A stretch of 64,000 bases of DNA from an uncultured Thermoplasmata archaeon. GTDB lineage: Archaea; Thermoplasmatota; Thermoplasmata; Halarchaeoplasmatales; Halarchaeoplasmataceae. The stretch covers positions 717 to 64,716 of the forward strand of contig CAYWYD010000006.1 of NCBI GenBank assembly GCA_964462425.1, read 5' to 3'. A program made the translations under genes and the position numbers. Positions 37,801 through 46,967 of this stretch are shown piece by piece. The notes under the pieces were generated by a model. The model worked only from the letters and a program-made list of their open reading frames with translations. It searched no databases and was not told the origin of the DNA. How positions within the stretch are numbered: the first letter of the stretch is position 1; every line of letters begins with the position of its first letter.

Positions 37801-39384
37801 TTGATCTCTTTAATAGTCGCTCTTCCCATGGTCTTTGCGATTTTACTCAGCACCATTACTCACCTGAATATAGACTTCCACCAGATCTACAAAAAAATAG
37901 TATTTTTGGGAGGAATACTTTCCCCGATCCCAATATTTGCTTACGAGCTAGATAAAATTCCCGTTACTACTGTTCTAGGTGGATGGACTAGGATATCGGG
38001 TATCGAGATCGGCATTGATAACATCAACATTTTCTTCCTCCTTGCAGCTCTCATCATATTTCCCTTGGTTGCGTTCTACAGTTTGAGACACTTTGACAAG
38101 AACGATCAAGAGAAAGGTAGTGTGTCTAAAGATTCAAAGTTTTGCTTGATACTACTCCTTTATGGAGGAATCCTCGGAAGCTTCATCACTAGAGATCTGT
38201 TCAATTTTACTGTTTACATGGAGATAGCCTCTATCGCCGCTATCATATTGGTAGGCAGTTCTGATACTAGTGGAGCTAAATCCGCTTCGTTCAGATATCT
38301 GATGATATACTTTCTTTCTTCTTTCTTCTTCATCTTCTCCGTCGGTATGATCTATGTGAAAACGGGATATCTCAATTTCCACTTGATTCAACAGAACTTA
38401 GTGATAGATATGGAGATCAAGATCGCTATAACCATAGCTTTTACAGCTCTGATAATGAAAGCGGGAATTTTCCCCCTCCACTTCTGGCTTCCGGAGGCTC
38501 ATTCGAAGGCAGATACCCCTGTCAGCGCCCTCCTTTCCGGAGTCACTGTTAACGTACCGATATTCGGGATGATATTATTTTTAAAGTATACTTCGGTAGG
38601 ATTCTTGAGCGTTCCTTTGATGGTCGTTTCGTTCAGTTCCATATTCTTCGGGATCTTCATGGCGATTTTCCAAACCGACGTGAAAAAACTCTTAGCCTAT
38701 TCAACCGTCTCCCAGATGGGGTTCGTATTACTCGGGATAAGCATCTTGGATATCTATGCTGCCGGGATTTACGTCCTCGCTCACGCATTGGTGAAGACGG
38801 CTCTATTCCTAAGTATCGGTATACTGATAACTGACCAGAGGTGCAAAAACATCAAAAAACTTTCAGTCGGAAATAGAGGAGTGCTTATAATCACTATAAT
38901 ATCACTGAGCCTTGGGATAGGTGGGATTTCACCTTTTCTGGGAGGATATGCGAAATATACTATCTTGAATGGTTTATCTGATTGGGGTATATATCTATTT
39001 TATATTGGGTCTGTTGGCACTCTGACTCTCTTCGCTAGGGTGAACTATGAGTTACTTGAATTCAAGATTTCCCAAAAATTCCGTTTCACGACGGAAGAGT
39101 TCATACCCTTTATCGTAGCTGTGTTAACAATAGGCCTAGGGACATATTATCTTCCAAAATTAGATGTTATAGGCATAGTACTTATCGGGACGGCTATACT
39201 TGTTTTTTCCGCACTAAAATACTCTGGATTTCTACAATGGAACATACCGGGACTCTATGGAAAAAGTGTAAAAGAGCTTGGAAAGCAGATCAATTTTTAC
39301 ACCGCTGTGTTCGTGCTCACGAATATATTGTTCCTTTTGTTCGTGATCAGAGAGGTACTTAGAGGATCTTTGGGGATCGGCTAG
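37801..39384 (+). CDS. mrpD: Mrp subunit D-like, copy 2 (tandem paralog).
   Basis: Same length and architecture as copy 1, ~70-75% identical by eye (FPLHFWLPEAHSKADTPVSALL). Confidence 0.8.
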   Translation: MISLIVALPMVFAILLSTITHLNIDFHQIYKKIVFLGGILSPIPIFAYELDKIPVTTVLGGWTRISGIEIGIDNINIFFLLAALIIFPLVAFYSLRHFDKNDQEKGSVSKDSKFCLILLLYGGILGSFITRDLFNFTVYMEIASIAAIILVGSSDTSGAKSASFRYLMIYFLSSFFFIFSVGMIYVKTGYLNFHLIQQNLVIDMEIKIAITIAFTALIMKAGIFPLHFWLPEAHSKADTPVSALLSGVTVNVPIFGMILFLKYTSVGFLSVPLMVVSFSSIFFGIFMAIFQTDVKKLLAYSTVSQMGFVLLGISILDIYAAGIYVLAHALVKTALFLSIGILITDQRCKNIKKLSVGNRGVLIITIISLSLGIGGISPFLGGYAKYTILNGLSDWGIYLFYIGSVGTLTLFARVNYELLEFKISQKFRFTTEEFIPFIVAVLTIGLGTYYLPKLDVIGIVLIGTAILVFSALKYSGFLQWNIPGLYGKSVKELGKQINFYTAVFVLTNILFLLFVIREVLRGSLGIG

Positions 39385-39437
39385 AGATATCGATGCCTAC
39401 CTACAATAAGATCTCTGTTCTTGTCAATAATCTGTTG

Positions 39438-39842
39438 TTAATCGATCTCCTTTATCGAAATATCGATGACCTCATCTAAAGCTGAAATCCGCTCTTTTAG
39501 TTCTTCTAAACTAAAATCCATCTTACTCACGTCTATTACGATCACTAAAACGGCCTCTTCTCTGTTCACCTCTTCACTTTCATTGAACAGTATGTTGACC
39601 TTATGTTCTGCCAATTCGCTACTTATATGCGAAAGGACTCCAGTTTTATTTTCAAGTATTAATTCGATCTCGACGAGTTCTGTTTTAGGTAGAGCTACCC
39701 TTTCTAACCTTGCTTCTTTTACAGCAGGATTCACCTCTAATAGAAAATAAGCTCCCTCAGACACCCCTATATCGAACGCAGAATCCGGTGGAAGATCGAC
39801 CTTGCCGTCTTCATCTATCTTTATTATATCATAGTAGGTCAT
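39438..39842 (-). CDS. ACT-domain-containing small protein.
   Basis: LILENKTGVLSHISSELAEHKVNILFNES...EAVLVIVIDV is ACT-like. Last gene of the pilus-operon string. Confidence 0.5.
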   Translation of the reverse strand: MTYYDIIKIDEDGKVDLPPDSAFDIGVSEGAYFLLEVNPAVKEARLERVALPKTELVEIELILENKTGVLSHISSELAEHKVNILFNESEEVNREEAVLVIVIDVSKMDFSLEELKERISALDEVIDISIKEID

Positions 39843-39923
39843 GGATTGATGAGTTATATGAAGACTAATAAATGCAACGGCTTCAAGCGTAAAAGAGATA
39901 GAAAAATGATAGCGAAAAGGTTT

Positions 39924-40775
39924 TCACATCGACATCTCGACGTTTATCCTAGCGCGGGTGACCTTTAATTCATAGACATCGTTGCCAAGGTCCATCTTGA
40001 GAGTACTACCATCACGACCTATATCCTCTACATCTGTTTCGTTATTAAGATGGGTTCTCCACAACTCTGGGTAGCCCGTAGTAAGACTCAAATTCAAATT
40101 TGTAGGATCCTCGTACGTATTACTGAAGGAGCTGACAAGTTCGGTGGTCACACCTACGGTGGCGGTTCCGGCTAGATGTCTCTCACTACCTACTAGGTCC
40201 ACCATAGTAATCCTTATCCTGTATTTACCTTCCACCTCGTCAATCCTTATAGGCGGGGCGGCTCTCATCACTTCGCCCTCTTCCTGTTCTAAGAGTATAG
40301 CTCCATGTTCATAGACTAAGGTTTGATCTTCGTAATACCGGTTGTAGGACTTAACGGAGATGTTACCGGAACTGCGGAGAGTTGTATTCTCATCCTCGGA
40401 TGCGGTAAAGGTAAGGTTCATTCCTTTATCCACATCCGATCCCCAACGAGGATTAAATCGGATAGATCCCGGCGTACTGCCCGCGAAAAGTGGGATGCCT
40501 TCTGCACCTAAAGTGACGGAAGAATATCGAGGATAACCTTTCTGATCGTTCAGGATCAAACTATCTATTCCGCCCTTCATACTGGCCATCTGTCCCTGAA
40601 CTTCGTCCATATGATAAGCTTCGTTGTCCTCCATCCATATCGGGACGTACTGCTGGGTGATCAAGGAGAGTAGACTTAAGAATATCAATAAAGCCATGAT
40701 AGTACCAACGGTTGTAGCCACACCTTCTTCAGATTTCTCTATATTTCTTCTTCTTAAACTTGACATGAAGATCAT
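39924..40775 (-). CDS. Type IV pilin-like protein with an archaeal class-III signal peptide (putative pilin or minor pilin).
   Basis: N-terminus RRRNIEKSEEG|VATTVGTIMALLIFLSLLSLI: a charged region, a G at -1, then a hydrophobic helix. This fits the archaeal prepilin peptidase (PibD/FlaK) cleavage-site pattern. Confidence 0.6.
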   Translation of the reverse strand: MIFMSSLRRRNIEKSEEGVATTVGTIMALLIFLSLLSLITQQYVPIWMEDNEAYHMDEVQGQMASMKGGIDSLILNDQKGYPRYSSVTLGAEGIPLFAGSTPGSIRFNPRWGSDVDKGMNLTFTASEDENTTLRSSGNISVKSYNRYYEDQTLVYEHGAILLEQEEGEVMRAAPPIRIDEVEGKYRIRITMVDLVGSERHLAGTATVGVTTELVSSFSNTYEDPTNLNLSLTTGYPELWRTHLNNETDVEDIGRDGSTLKMDLGNDVYELKVTRARINVEMSM

Positions 40776-40788
40776 CCCTTATTTTTCT

Positions 40789-42435
40789 CTAAATTCCATC
40801 TCTTTTATTCTCGTCTAATTTCTTCTTAGCCATTTCGAGGACAGATTCTTTGTCTTTGTAGTAAGAAGAAACGATATGAGCAAAATCCTTATAGTTATAT
40901 ATCTCTTCCTGATTCATGTATTCCAAGACAATCTTCCTTCTCTTTACTTCCTTATCCATCTCTCTTTGGGTCCAGTTCTTCGACTGTGCCACCTTTTGAT
41001 ACACATAGCTATGACCGCTGTAATTGAAGGAGTCGTCGGCTGGGTTCCAAGTGTAGGCTTTATTGGTGATCAATTCCTCTGAGTCCGGATCTACCCCGAC
41101 GATTTCGGTCATCGCCTTGATCCTTCTCACCATCTTGGTCCCAACTTTCACTTTTGCCTGAAGGACCACTACGTCTAAAGCCCCTACTAGAGCTCTCGGC
41201 AAATTGATAGGATCGTTCTCCATCCTATTGACCATCTGCTGGACATCATTAGCATGGAAAGTAGTATAGGCACTCTTACCGGTAGCCATAGCCTGAAATA
41301 CGACGAAGGCCTCTTCACCTCTGACCTCCCCGACCATCATATATTGTGGTCGCTGTCTTAAGGCCGCCTGGAGCAATTGATACATATCTATCTCTCCCGC
41401 CTTCTTACCCGTTTCTTCATCTCTCTCTCCAAAACCACTTCTGGTAAGTAGAGGTACCCAATTATCGTGCGGCAAGTTCAATTCTCGCGTATCTTCGATG
41501 CTCACGATCTTCTGTTGAGGAGGTATGAAAAGTAATATAGCGTTCAAAGTGGTGGTCTTGCCGGATGCGGTGCCTCCACAGATCAGCATCGATTGGCCGT
41601 TCTCGATAGCTATCCAAGAATAAGCCATCATCTCTGGATTGAAGGTTTGAAAATCAATAAGTTTTATCGGGGTATAAGGGTCCTCCTCGAAACGCCTTAT
41701 GGTGAAGGACGATCCTTTTTGGGTGATATGGGTTCCCAGAGTTTCCTGTAAACGAGAACCATCGGGCATGGTCGCATCCAACATCGGATCCGCCACGGAG
41801 ATGTGCTTTCCGCTTCTCTGTGCGAGCCATATAACGTAATTATCCAGTTCGTCTTCATCGTCGAACGAGACGTTAGACTTCATCGAACCATACTTTCTGT
41901 GGAAAACATAGATCGGTATCCCTACACCGTCACAGGATATATCCTCAGGATTCTGATCTTTCATCATCACATCGATAGAACCGAACCCGACGAAGTCTCT
42001 CTTCACGTAATACATTATCCTTTCTCTAGAGGCTCCTTTCAATTGAATGTCTAAATCTCTCAATATTTGATGTGTTTTATGCTCAAGGTATTCTTCTTTT
42101 TCTTCCTCGTCCTCCAGTTCTATGAGTTCGACTCTATCTATTATTCGGTCTTTAACAGCTTTCAAAACCTCCTCTTCCTCCTCGGTCAACTGTGGCTCTA
42201 TGACCTCATATATGTATTCGTTAGACGTGTTATCATACTTGATTCTAACGTATGTATAAGGCTCTTCGACAGCGGTGATCTCGATCTCTTTTACATTTTC
42301 TTCCGCTATCTTGGGTATCTCCGTGATCTCCTCATCATAATCCGCACTACCGGACTCTTTGGAAGGTACGTATACCTTTTTGGGTTTTTTCGATCCGATC
42401 ATATCGTTTAATTTCTCGCTAATATTTGTAGCCAT
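40789..42435 (-). CDS. FlaI/TadA/GspE-family secretion ATPase (copy 1).
   Basis: Walker A GGTASGKTT. Conserved N-domain YIYEVIEPQLTEEEEE. Confidence 0.85.
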   Translation of the reverse strand: MATNISEKLNDMIGSKKPKKVYVPSKESGSADYDEEITEIPKIAEENVKEIEITAVEEPYTYVRIKYDNTSNEYIYEVIEPQLTEEEEEVLKAVKDRIIDRVELIELEDEEEKEEYLEHKTHQILRDLDIQLKGASRERIMYYVKRDFVGFGSIDVMMKDQNPEDISCDGVGIPIYVFHRKYGSMKSNVSFDDEDELDNYVIWLAQRSGKHISVADPMLDATMPDGSRLQETLGTHITQKGSSFTIRRFEEDPYTPIKLIDFQTFNPEMMAYSWIAIENGQSMLICGGTASGKTTTLNAILLFIPPQQKIVSIEDTRELNLPHDNWVPLLTRSGFGERDEETGKKAGEIDMYQLLQAALRQRPQYMMVGEVRGEEAFVVFQAMATGKSAYTTFHANDVQQMVNRMENDPINLPRALVGALDVVVLQAKVKVGTKMVRRIKAMTEIVGVDPDSEELITNKAYTWNPADDSFNYSGHSYVYQKVAQSKNWTQREMDKEVKRRKIVLEYMNQEEIYNYKDFAHIVSSYYKDKESVLEMAKKKLDENKRDGI

Positions 42436-42444
42436 GAATATCCC

Positions 42445-43389
42445 TCACATAAGAAGTCCTATTCCTCCAAACAAGATCCTCAAACTCATGAAACCGATCA
42501 CTAGAAGGATAAAACTATGTTTCATCCCGTTGCTAATGCTTCCGTTCTGCAATACACCTGCTACTATCCCATCGCCTAATGCGTGGACAAAAACGGCTAT
42601 CGTGAATATGTATTGGATAATTGGAATATTCTCCGTCTTTATTTCAGTCCCTCCCATGCCTCCTCCTCCGCCTTCCGCGCCTATTTCCTCTGGACTCACT
42701 TGTTCTCCGGCTTCTGCCATTTGAACTAAGAACTGGGTATTGAGTATTATTATCACTACGATGAAAACGGCGAAGGATATGTAGATGACCGCTAGATAGG
42801 AAGTCATCGCTATTCTTTGTTCATCCTCTGACTGATGTATCTCTTTCGTATCTTGGGAGACCATAGTCAGTACATCAGCTACGTTACCGCCAGCTTGATT
42901 TGCTTTGGTGATTATAGCGACGACCCTATTTACAAGAGGTGTATCTACTCTTTCGGCAAACAGACTTAGGGCCTTATTGGCAGGAACGCCCCACTGAATC
43001 TGGGCGGCCATCTTCCTGATCTCAGGGGTCAGTTCTCCATACCGACCACCCGCAGAAACCACTATCGCCTCGGATAGAGTCATCCCGAACCTTCCTGCTT
43101 CGGAAACATCTCTTAGGAAATCTGGAAGTCTCCTTTCTATGCGTTGGATCTGCTTTTGCTTATGGGTGACATAAATTCCAAAGGGGCCTAAGAAAGCCAT
43201 CGACCCTATCATCGCCCAGTCTATAGGGTCTAAGGGTATCGGACCCGCCTGGAGATAAGAAAGAACGCCTATAAATCCTAAGATCGCGGCTCCGATCAGC
43301 GAAATGATAAGTACTTCTTTGGCATAACCAAGGGATAATACCTTTTCTAATCCACTTTTCTTTTCATATTTAGACATACTATCACTCAA
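42445..43389 (-). CDS. FlaJ/TadC-like membrane protein with a single T2SSF domain (second half).
   Basis: 314 aa. N-terminal TM, cytoplasmic T2SSF-like domain, C-terminal TMs. Confidence 0.7.
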   Translation of the reverse strand: MSDSMSKYEKKSGLEKVLSLGYAKEVLIISLIGAAILGFIGVLSYLQAGPIPLDPIDWAMIGSMAFLGPFGIYVTHKQKQIQRIERRLPDFLRDVSEAGRFGMTLSEAIVVSAGGRYGELTPEIRKMAAQIQWGVPANKALSLFAERVDTPLVNRVVAIITKANQAGGNVADVLTMVSQDTKEIHQSEDEQRIAMTSYLAVIYISFAVFIVVIIILNTQFLVQMAEAGEQVSPEEIGAEGGGGGMGGTEIKTENIPIIQYIFTIAVFVHALGDGIVAGVLQNGSISNGMKHSFILLVIGFMSLRILFGGIGLLM

Positions 43390-44408
43390 TCCTGGTTAAC
43401 TAACCATATTATAGCTATGAATCCCGCTTGAGATCCGGGAATCATCATTCCAACCACACCATATAATAGAGGAATAGGATTACCGCCTCCAAGGCCTCCC
43501 ATCAGGGACATGATCGCCATTATAACCACGAGAAACAGCGGGAAAGCTACAACCACAGTAACGAATGATTCAGCCAACATACCAAGGGTTTCCATGTTCT
43601 GCTGAACCTGTAACTGCCTTTCATCCTGAAATTCTTCCATCTTGCTCTTGAAATAAGGCTTGAGTTGACCACCGGACGTAGAGGTAGTTATAACACCCTG
43701 TAAAAATTCTGTAAAATTATCAGATGGGCATCTGTTAGCCGCTCTTTCGAGCGCGTTTAAGATATCTAGGCCCAATATCTCCGTATCCCTAGTAATCCAT
43801 TTAGCTTCCTCGCAGACCTCCCCATACAAAGGTTGTCTAGCTAATTCCCGGAATATCATATCTATATTAATATTGGCAGAAGACATAGATGCGATAAAAC
43901 TCATAGAATCGGATAGTTTATCATCGATCTTTTTACCCCTTCTATTCGCTTTAGTAGAAGGCATAGACTTCAAAACAAAGTAAGCGGCTACTGGGGTCAA
44001 AACAGCCGTCGCTGCTGCCAATATATAAGAAGCCGGGCCTAATACAGAAGGTAAAACTAGGCTCATCACGATCGCACCTGCGATCCCCGCTATAGCCGCA
44101 AATATGGTACTCATCCAGACATAAGCTAGATATTCCTCTGACCTTATCTTCATATGGGCCTTCAATAGATCCTCTGCTAGATCTTCATCCTCAATATCTC
44201 TTCTTTCAACTGCTGGACCCATCACTTTCCAGCAAAATTTTTGATAAGGTGTGAGATCCAGATACTCGGGGACCGCCTCCTTTGGTAGCCTCTGTTGGTG
44301 GGGTCCATATTTTTCTAGATCTTCGCTTGATTCTGCTCTTTTCGATGACAGAAAAGTTTCATCTTTAAATTCAAATCCGCCGAATACATCTGTAGAATCT
44401 GCCATCAT
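43386..44408 (-). CDS. FlaJ/TadB-like membrane protein with a single T2SSF domain (first half).
   Basis: 340 aa. Same architecture. ATGA overlaps with both neighbours. Confidence 0.7.
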   Translation of the reverse strand: MMADSTDVFGGFEFKDETFLSSKRAESSEDLEKYGPHQQRLPKEAVPEYLDLTPYQKFCWKVMGPAVERRDIEDEDLAEDLLKAHMKIRSEEYLAYVWMSTIFAAIAGIAGAIVMSLVLPSVLGPASYILAAATAVLTPVAAYFVLKSMPSTKANRRGKKIDDKLSDSMSFIASMSSANINIDMIFRELARQPLYGEVCEEAKWITRDTEILGLDILNALERAANRCPSDNFTEFLQGVITTSTSGGQLKPYFKSKMEEFQDERQLQVQQNMETLGMLAESFVTVVVAFPLFLVVIMAIMSLMGGLGGGNPIPLLYGVVGMMIPGSQAGFIAIIWLVNQD

Positions 44409-46108
44409 GCCCCACCTCTTTTTCTTCTGATCCTATTTAAGGTCTCTTCCGGTTCTTTATAATAAGAGGTGATTATCCTTGATATATCCTTGTAATGGGT
44501 CATATCCTCTTCAACTAAAAATTCTATGACCTCAGTTCGCTTATCAAATTCTTCCATCATCTCATCCTGAGTCCAATTCCTAGCGGTCTGTATCTCATCG
44601 AAGTTATAACTGTGACCCTGCCAGCTAAAGCTGTCATTTTCCCGGTTCCATTTGAAGACCGTATTAGTGATGAGTTCATCACTCTCCGGTTCAAAACCGA
44701 CTATCTCCGTAATCTCTTGAATCCTTCTAACCTGCTCATCATCCACTCTTGCAAAAGTCTGTATTATGACAAAGCTGAGAGAAGTAAGTAAAACTCTAGG
44801 ACAATTGATGGGGGGGTTCTCCAATCTGTGGACCATCGATTGAACAGAATCTGCGTGCATCGTGCTGTAGGTCACGTGGCCCGTCGCCATGGCCTGGAAC
44901 ATGGTATGAGCTTCTTTACCTCTTACCTCACCAACAATGATATAATTCGGTCTCTGCCTTAGAGCGTTCCTTACCAGATCATACATGTTGACTTCACCGG
45001 GATCTTTTCCCTTTCCCTGGCTCATGGTGGTACCGGCACGGGTTGTGCTAGGAATCCAATTCTCGTGGGGAAGATTGATCTCCCTGGTATCTTCCAAAGA
45101 GACTATTTTAAGTCCCGGGGGTATGAATAGAGTATAAGAGTTCAGCGTAGCGGTTTTTCCACAAGCCGTACCTCCAGCAACGATCGACGACTTCTCGTTT
45201 TCGACCATCAACCACATGTAGGCGACCATTTCCGGATTAGCCGTATTATATTTTATAAGTTTAACAGGCGTAAAAGGTTCCTTTTTGAACCTCCTTATAG
45301 TCAACGAAGAACCTCTAGTTGAGACCTCCTTTGCATAAGTTGCCTGAACCCTATGACCCTCAGCCGTAGTACCGTCAAGGATGGGCTGTGAAACAGAGAC
45401 CTGCTTTCCGCAGCGCTGTCCCATCTGTATGATATATGAATTCAATCTATCCTCTTCTTCAAACTTTATATTTGTCCTTATAGACTCATATTTGGAATGA
45501 TAAATAAATATAGGAATATCTATCCCATCGCAGGATATATCCTCAACCCTCTTATCGCTCATCAAAACATCTAAAGGACCATATCTTACGTAATCCCTGA
45601 TGATATGATAGATCACGCGCTTCATGGTCCTTTCACTAACATTCATATCTCTGCTTTTGATGTAACTCTTGACAGATTCTTTGATGAATTCCTCTTTATC
45701 CTTCTGCTGCATGGTCTCCCATTCATAAGAAAGTGTCCGGTCTAATGTATCCTTGATCCTTTCAAGCATCATCTGTTCGTCTTCTCTTAGTTTTGGTTCT
45801 ATAGCTTGATAAATATATTCGGCCTCGTCTTCATCGTAGATTATACGGGAATAGCTAAGAGGGTCCCGTATCTCATTGACCTCGACGATCTCCTGAGATT
45901 CAGATTCTAATGGAGGGGTTTTAGTATAATCAGATATCCATTTCTCTTCTCTCCCACCTTTTCCCTCATCTTCTTCAACTTGTGTTCGGGGGAGTTTCAC
46001 TTTTTTGGATTTACTAGACTCAAAAACTAATGTGATTATAAACACAAGGAATAGACCGGGTACATGTTTACCTAAGGGACCTAATTCTGTTTTTTTCATA
46101 ATGACCAC
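44405..46108 (-). CDS. FlaI/TadA/GspE-family secretion ATPase (copy 2).
   Basis: Walker A GGTACGKTATLNS. N-domain YIYQAIEPKLREDEQ. The N-terminal ~30 aa are hydrophobic (start uncertain). Confidence 0.85.
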   Translation of the reverse strand: MVIMKKTELGPLGKHVPGLFLVFIITLVFESSKSKKVKLPRTQVEEDEGKGGREEKWISDYTKTPPLESESQEIVEVNEIRDPLSYSRIIYDEDEAEYIYQAIEPKLREDEQMMLERIKDTLDRTLSYEWETMQQKDKEEFIKESVKSYIKSRDMNVSERTMKRVIYHIIRDYVRYGPLDVLMSDKRVEDISCDGIDIPIFIYHSKYESIRTNIKFEEEDRLNSYIIQMGQRCGKQVSVSQPILDGTTAEGHRVQATYAKEVSTRGSSLTIRRFKKEPFTPVKLIKYNTANPEMVAYMWLMVENEKSSIVAGGTACGKTATLNSYTLFIPPGLKIVSLEDTREINLPHENWIPSTTRAGTTMSQGKGKDPGEVNMYDLVRNALRQRPNYIIVGEVRGKEAHTMFQAMATGHVTYSTMHADSVQSMVHRLENPPINCPRVLLTSLSFVIIQTFARVDDEQVRRIQEITEIVGFEPESDELITNTVFKWNRENDSFSWQGHSYNFDEIQTARNWTQDEMMEEFDKRTEVIEFLVEEDMTHYKDISRIITSYYKEPEETLNRIRRKRGGA

Positions 46109-46223
46109 ATATGGATCTTCAATCTACGTCTACTATTAATAAAATCAATGTAAAAGAACTTTTCCCTTCTTCTTCCTTTTTTAAAGACAGGATTCAGCTT
46201 CCTTTTAGAACTCACTCAGCGAT

Positions 46224-46463
46224 TCAATCCCAATTCAATCTTTTCGTTTCCCGTTCATCTTTTGTCGCTTTTTTGTACTTTTTATAATGCTTTTTACAGA
46301 GATAAACGTTTTTACCGGAACTATCTTTTACCTTGAGATCGGTCTTTTTCGTGACCTTCTTAGAGGGGAGTGATTTTTTCTTATCTTCATCGCAACCTTT
46401 CACGTCACATGTTTTCTTCTTTTTCCTTTTGCTTTTCCTTTTGTGCTTCATATTGATCCTCAA
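46224..46463 (-). CDS. Small highly basic zinc-ribbon protein.
   Basis: ~35% K/R. CDVKGC ... CKKH (C-x4-C ... C-x2-H). Confidence 0.4.
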   Translation of the reverse strand: MRINMKHKRKSKRKKKKTCDVKGCDEDKKKSLPSKKVTKKTDLKVKDSSGKNVYLCKKHYKKYKKATKDERETKRLNWD

Positions 46464-46591
46464 GTTATCATGTGAAAGCCTTTATTTTATTTTTACCCTC
46501 AAAAAATCTTTTTCTCACTGCGAAGGCCCTAAAAACAAAAGATTTAATTTATTAGAACTTCATTTCGGCCTAAAGTAGGAGGAAAATTTCC

Positions 46592-46954
46592 ATGAATAAA
46601 TCCTCACTAGTACAGTCATTAAGAAAACTCACCTCTAGAAATGAGATCGAGATAGCTTGTCTTATAAATAAGGACGGAGATGTAGAAGGAAGCGTGGGGA
46701 ATATCGAGACTCTCCAGTTAGAGACTTTCGGTATAATGTCCGCCACTATATTTGGGGCCGCTTCGACAGCGAACGAGAAACTGAACAAAAATAAACCCAA
46801 TAAGATAATCGTTGATTCGGCCGATGGCGACACTATAATCAGAGGTCTAGGACAAAAATACCTGTTGGTGGTAAGAGTCAAGAAGATGGATGATCTCGAT
46901 GGTATCTTTGAAGATCTGAATGAGACCGCAAAAGATATTATTAAAAATAAGTGA
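46592..46954 (+). CDS. Roadblock/LC7 (MglB-like) domain protein.
   Basis: Size and pattern (IACLINKDGDVEGSVGN...TIIRGLGQKYLLVVRVKK) fit the Roadblock fold. Confidence 0.55.
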   Translation: MNKSSLVQSLRKLTSRNEIEIACLINKDGDVEGSVGNIETLQLETFGIMSATIFGAASTANEKLNKNKPNKIIVDSADGDTIIRGLGQKYLLVVRVKKMDDLDGIFEDLNETAKDIIKNK

Positions 46955-46967
46955 AAGACACAGATAG

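Noticed and set aside
39924-46108. Possibility that this locus is an archaellum (flagellum) operon.
   Set aside because: No archaellin (FlaB), FlaF/FlaG, FlaH (KaiC-like) or FlaCDE genes are present. The core is ATPase plus split TadBC-like membrane proteins, which fits an adhesive or other type IV pilus better.
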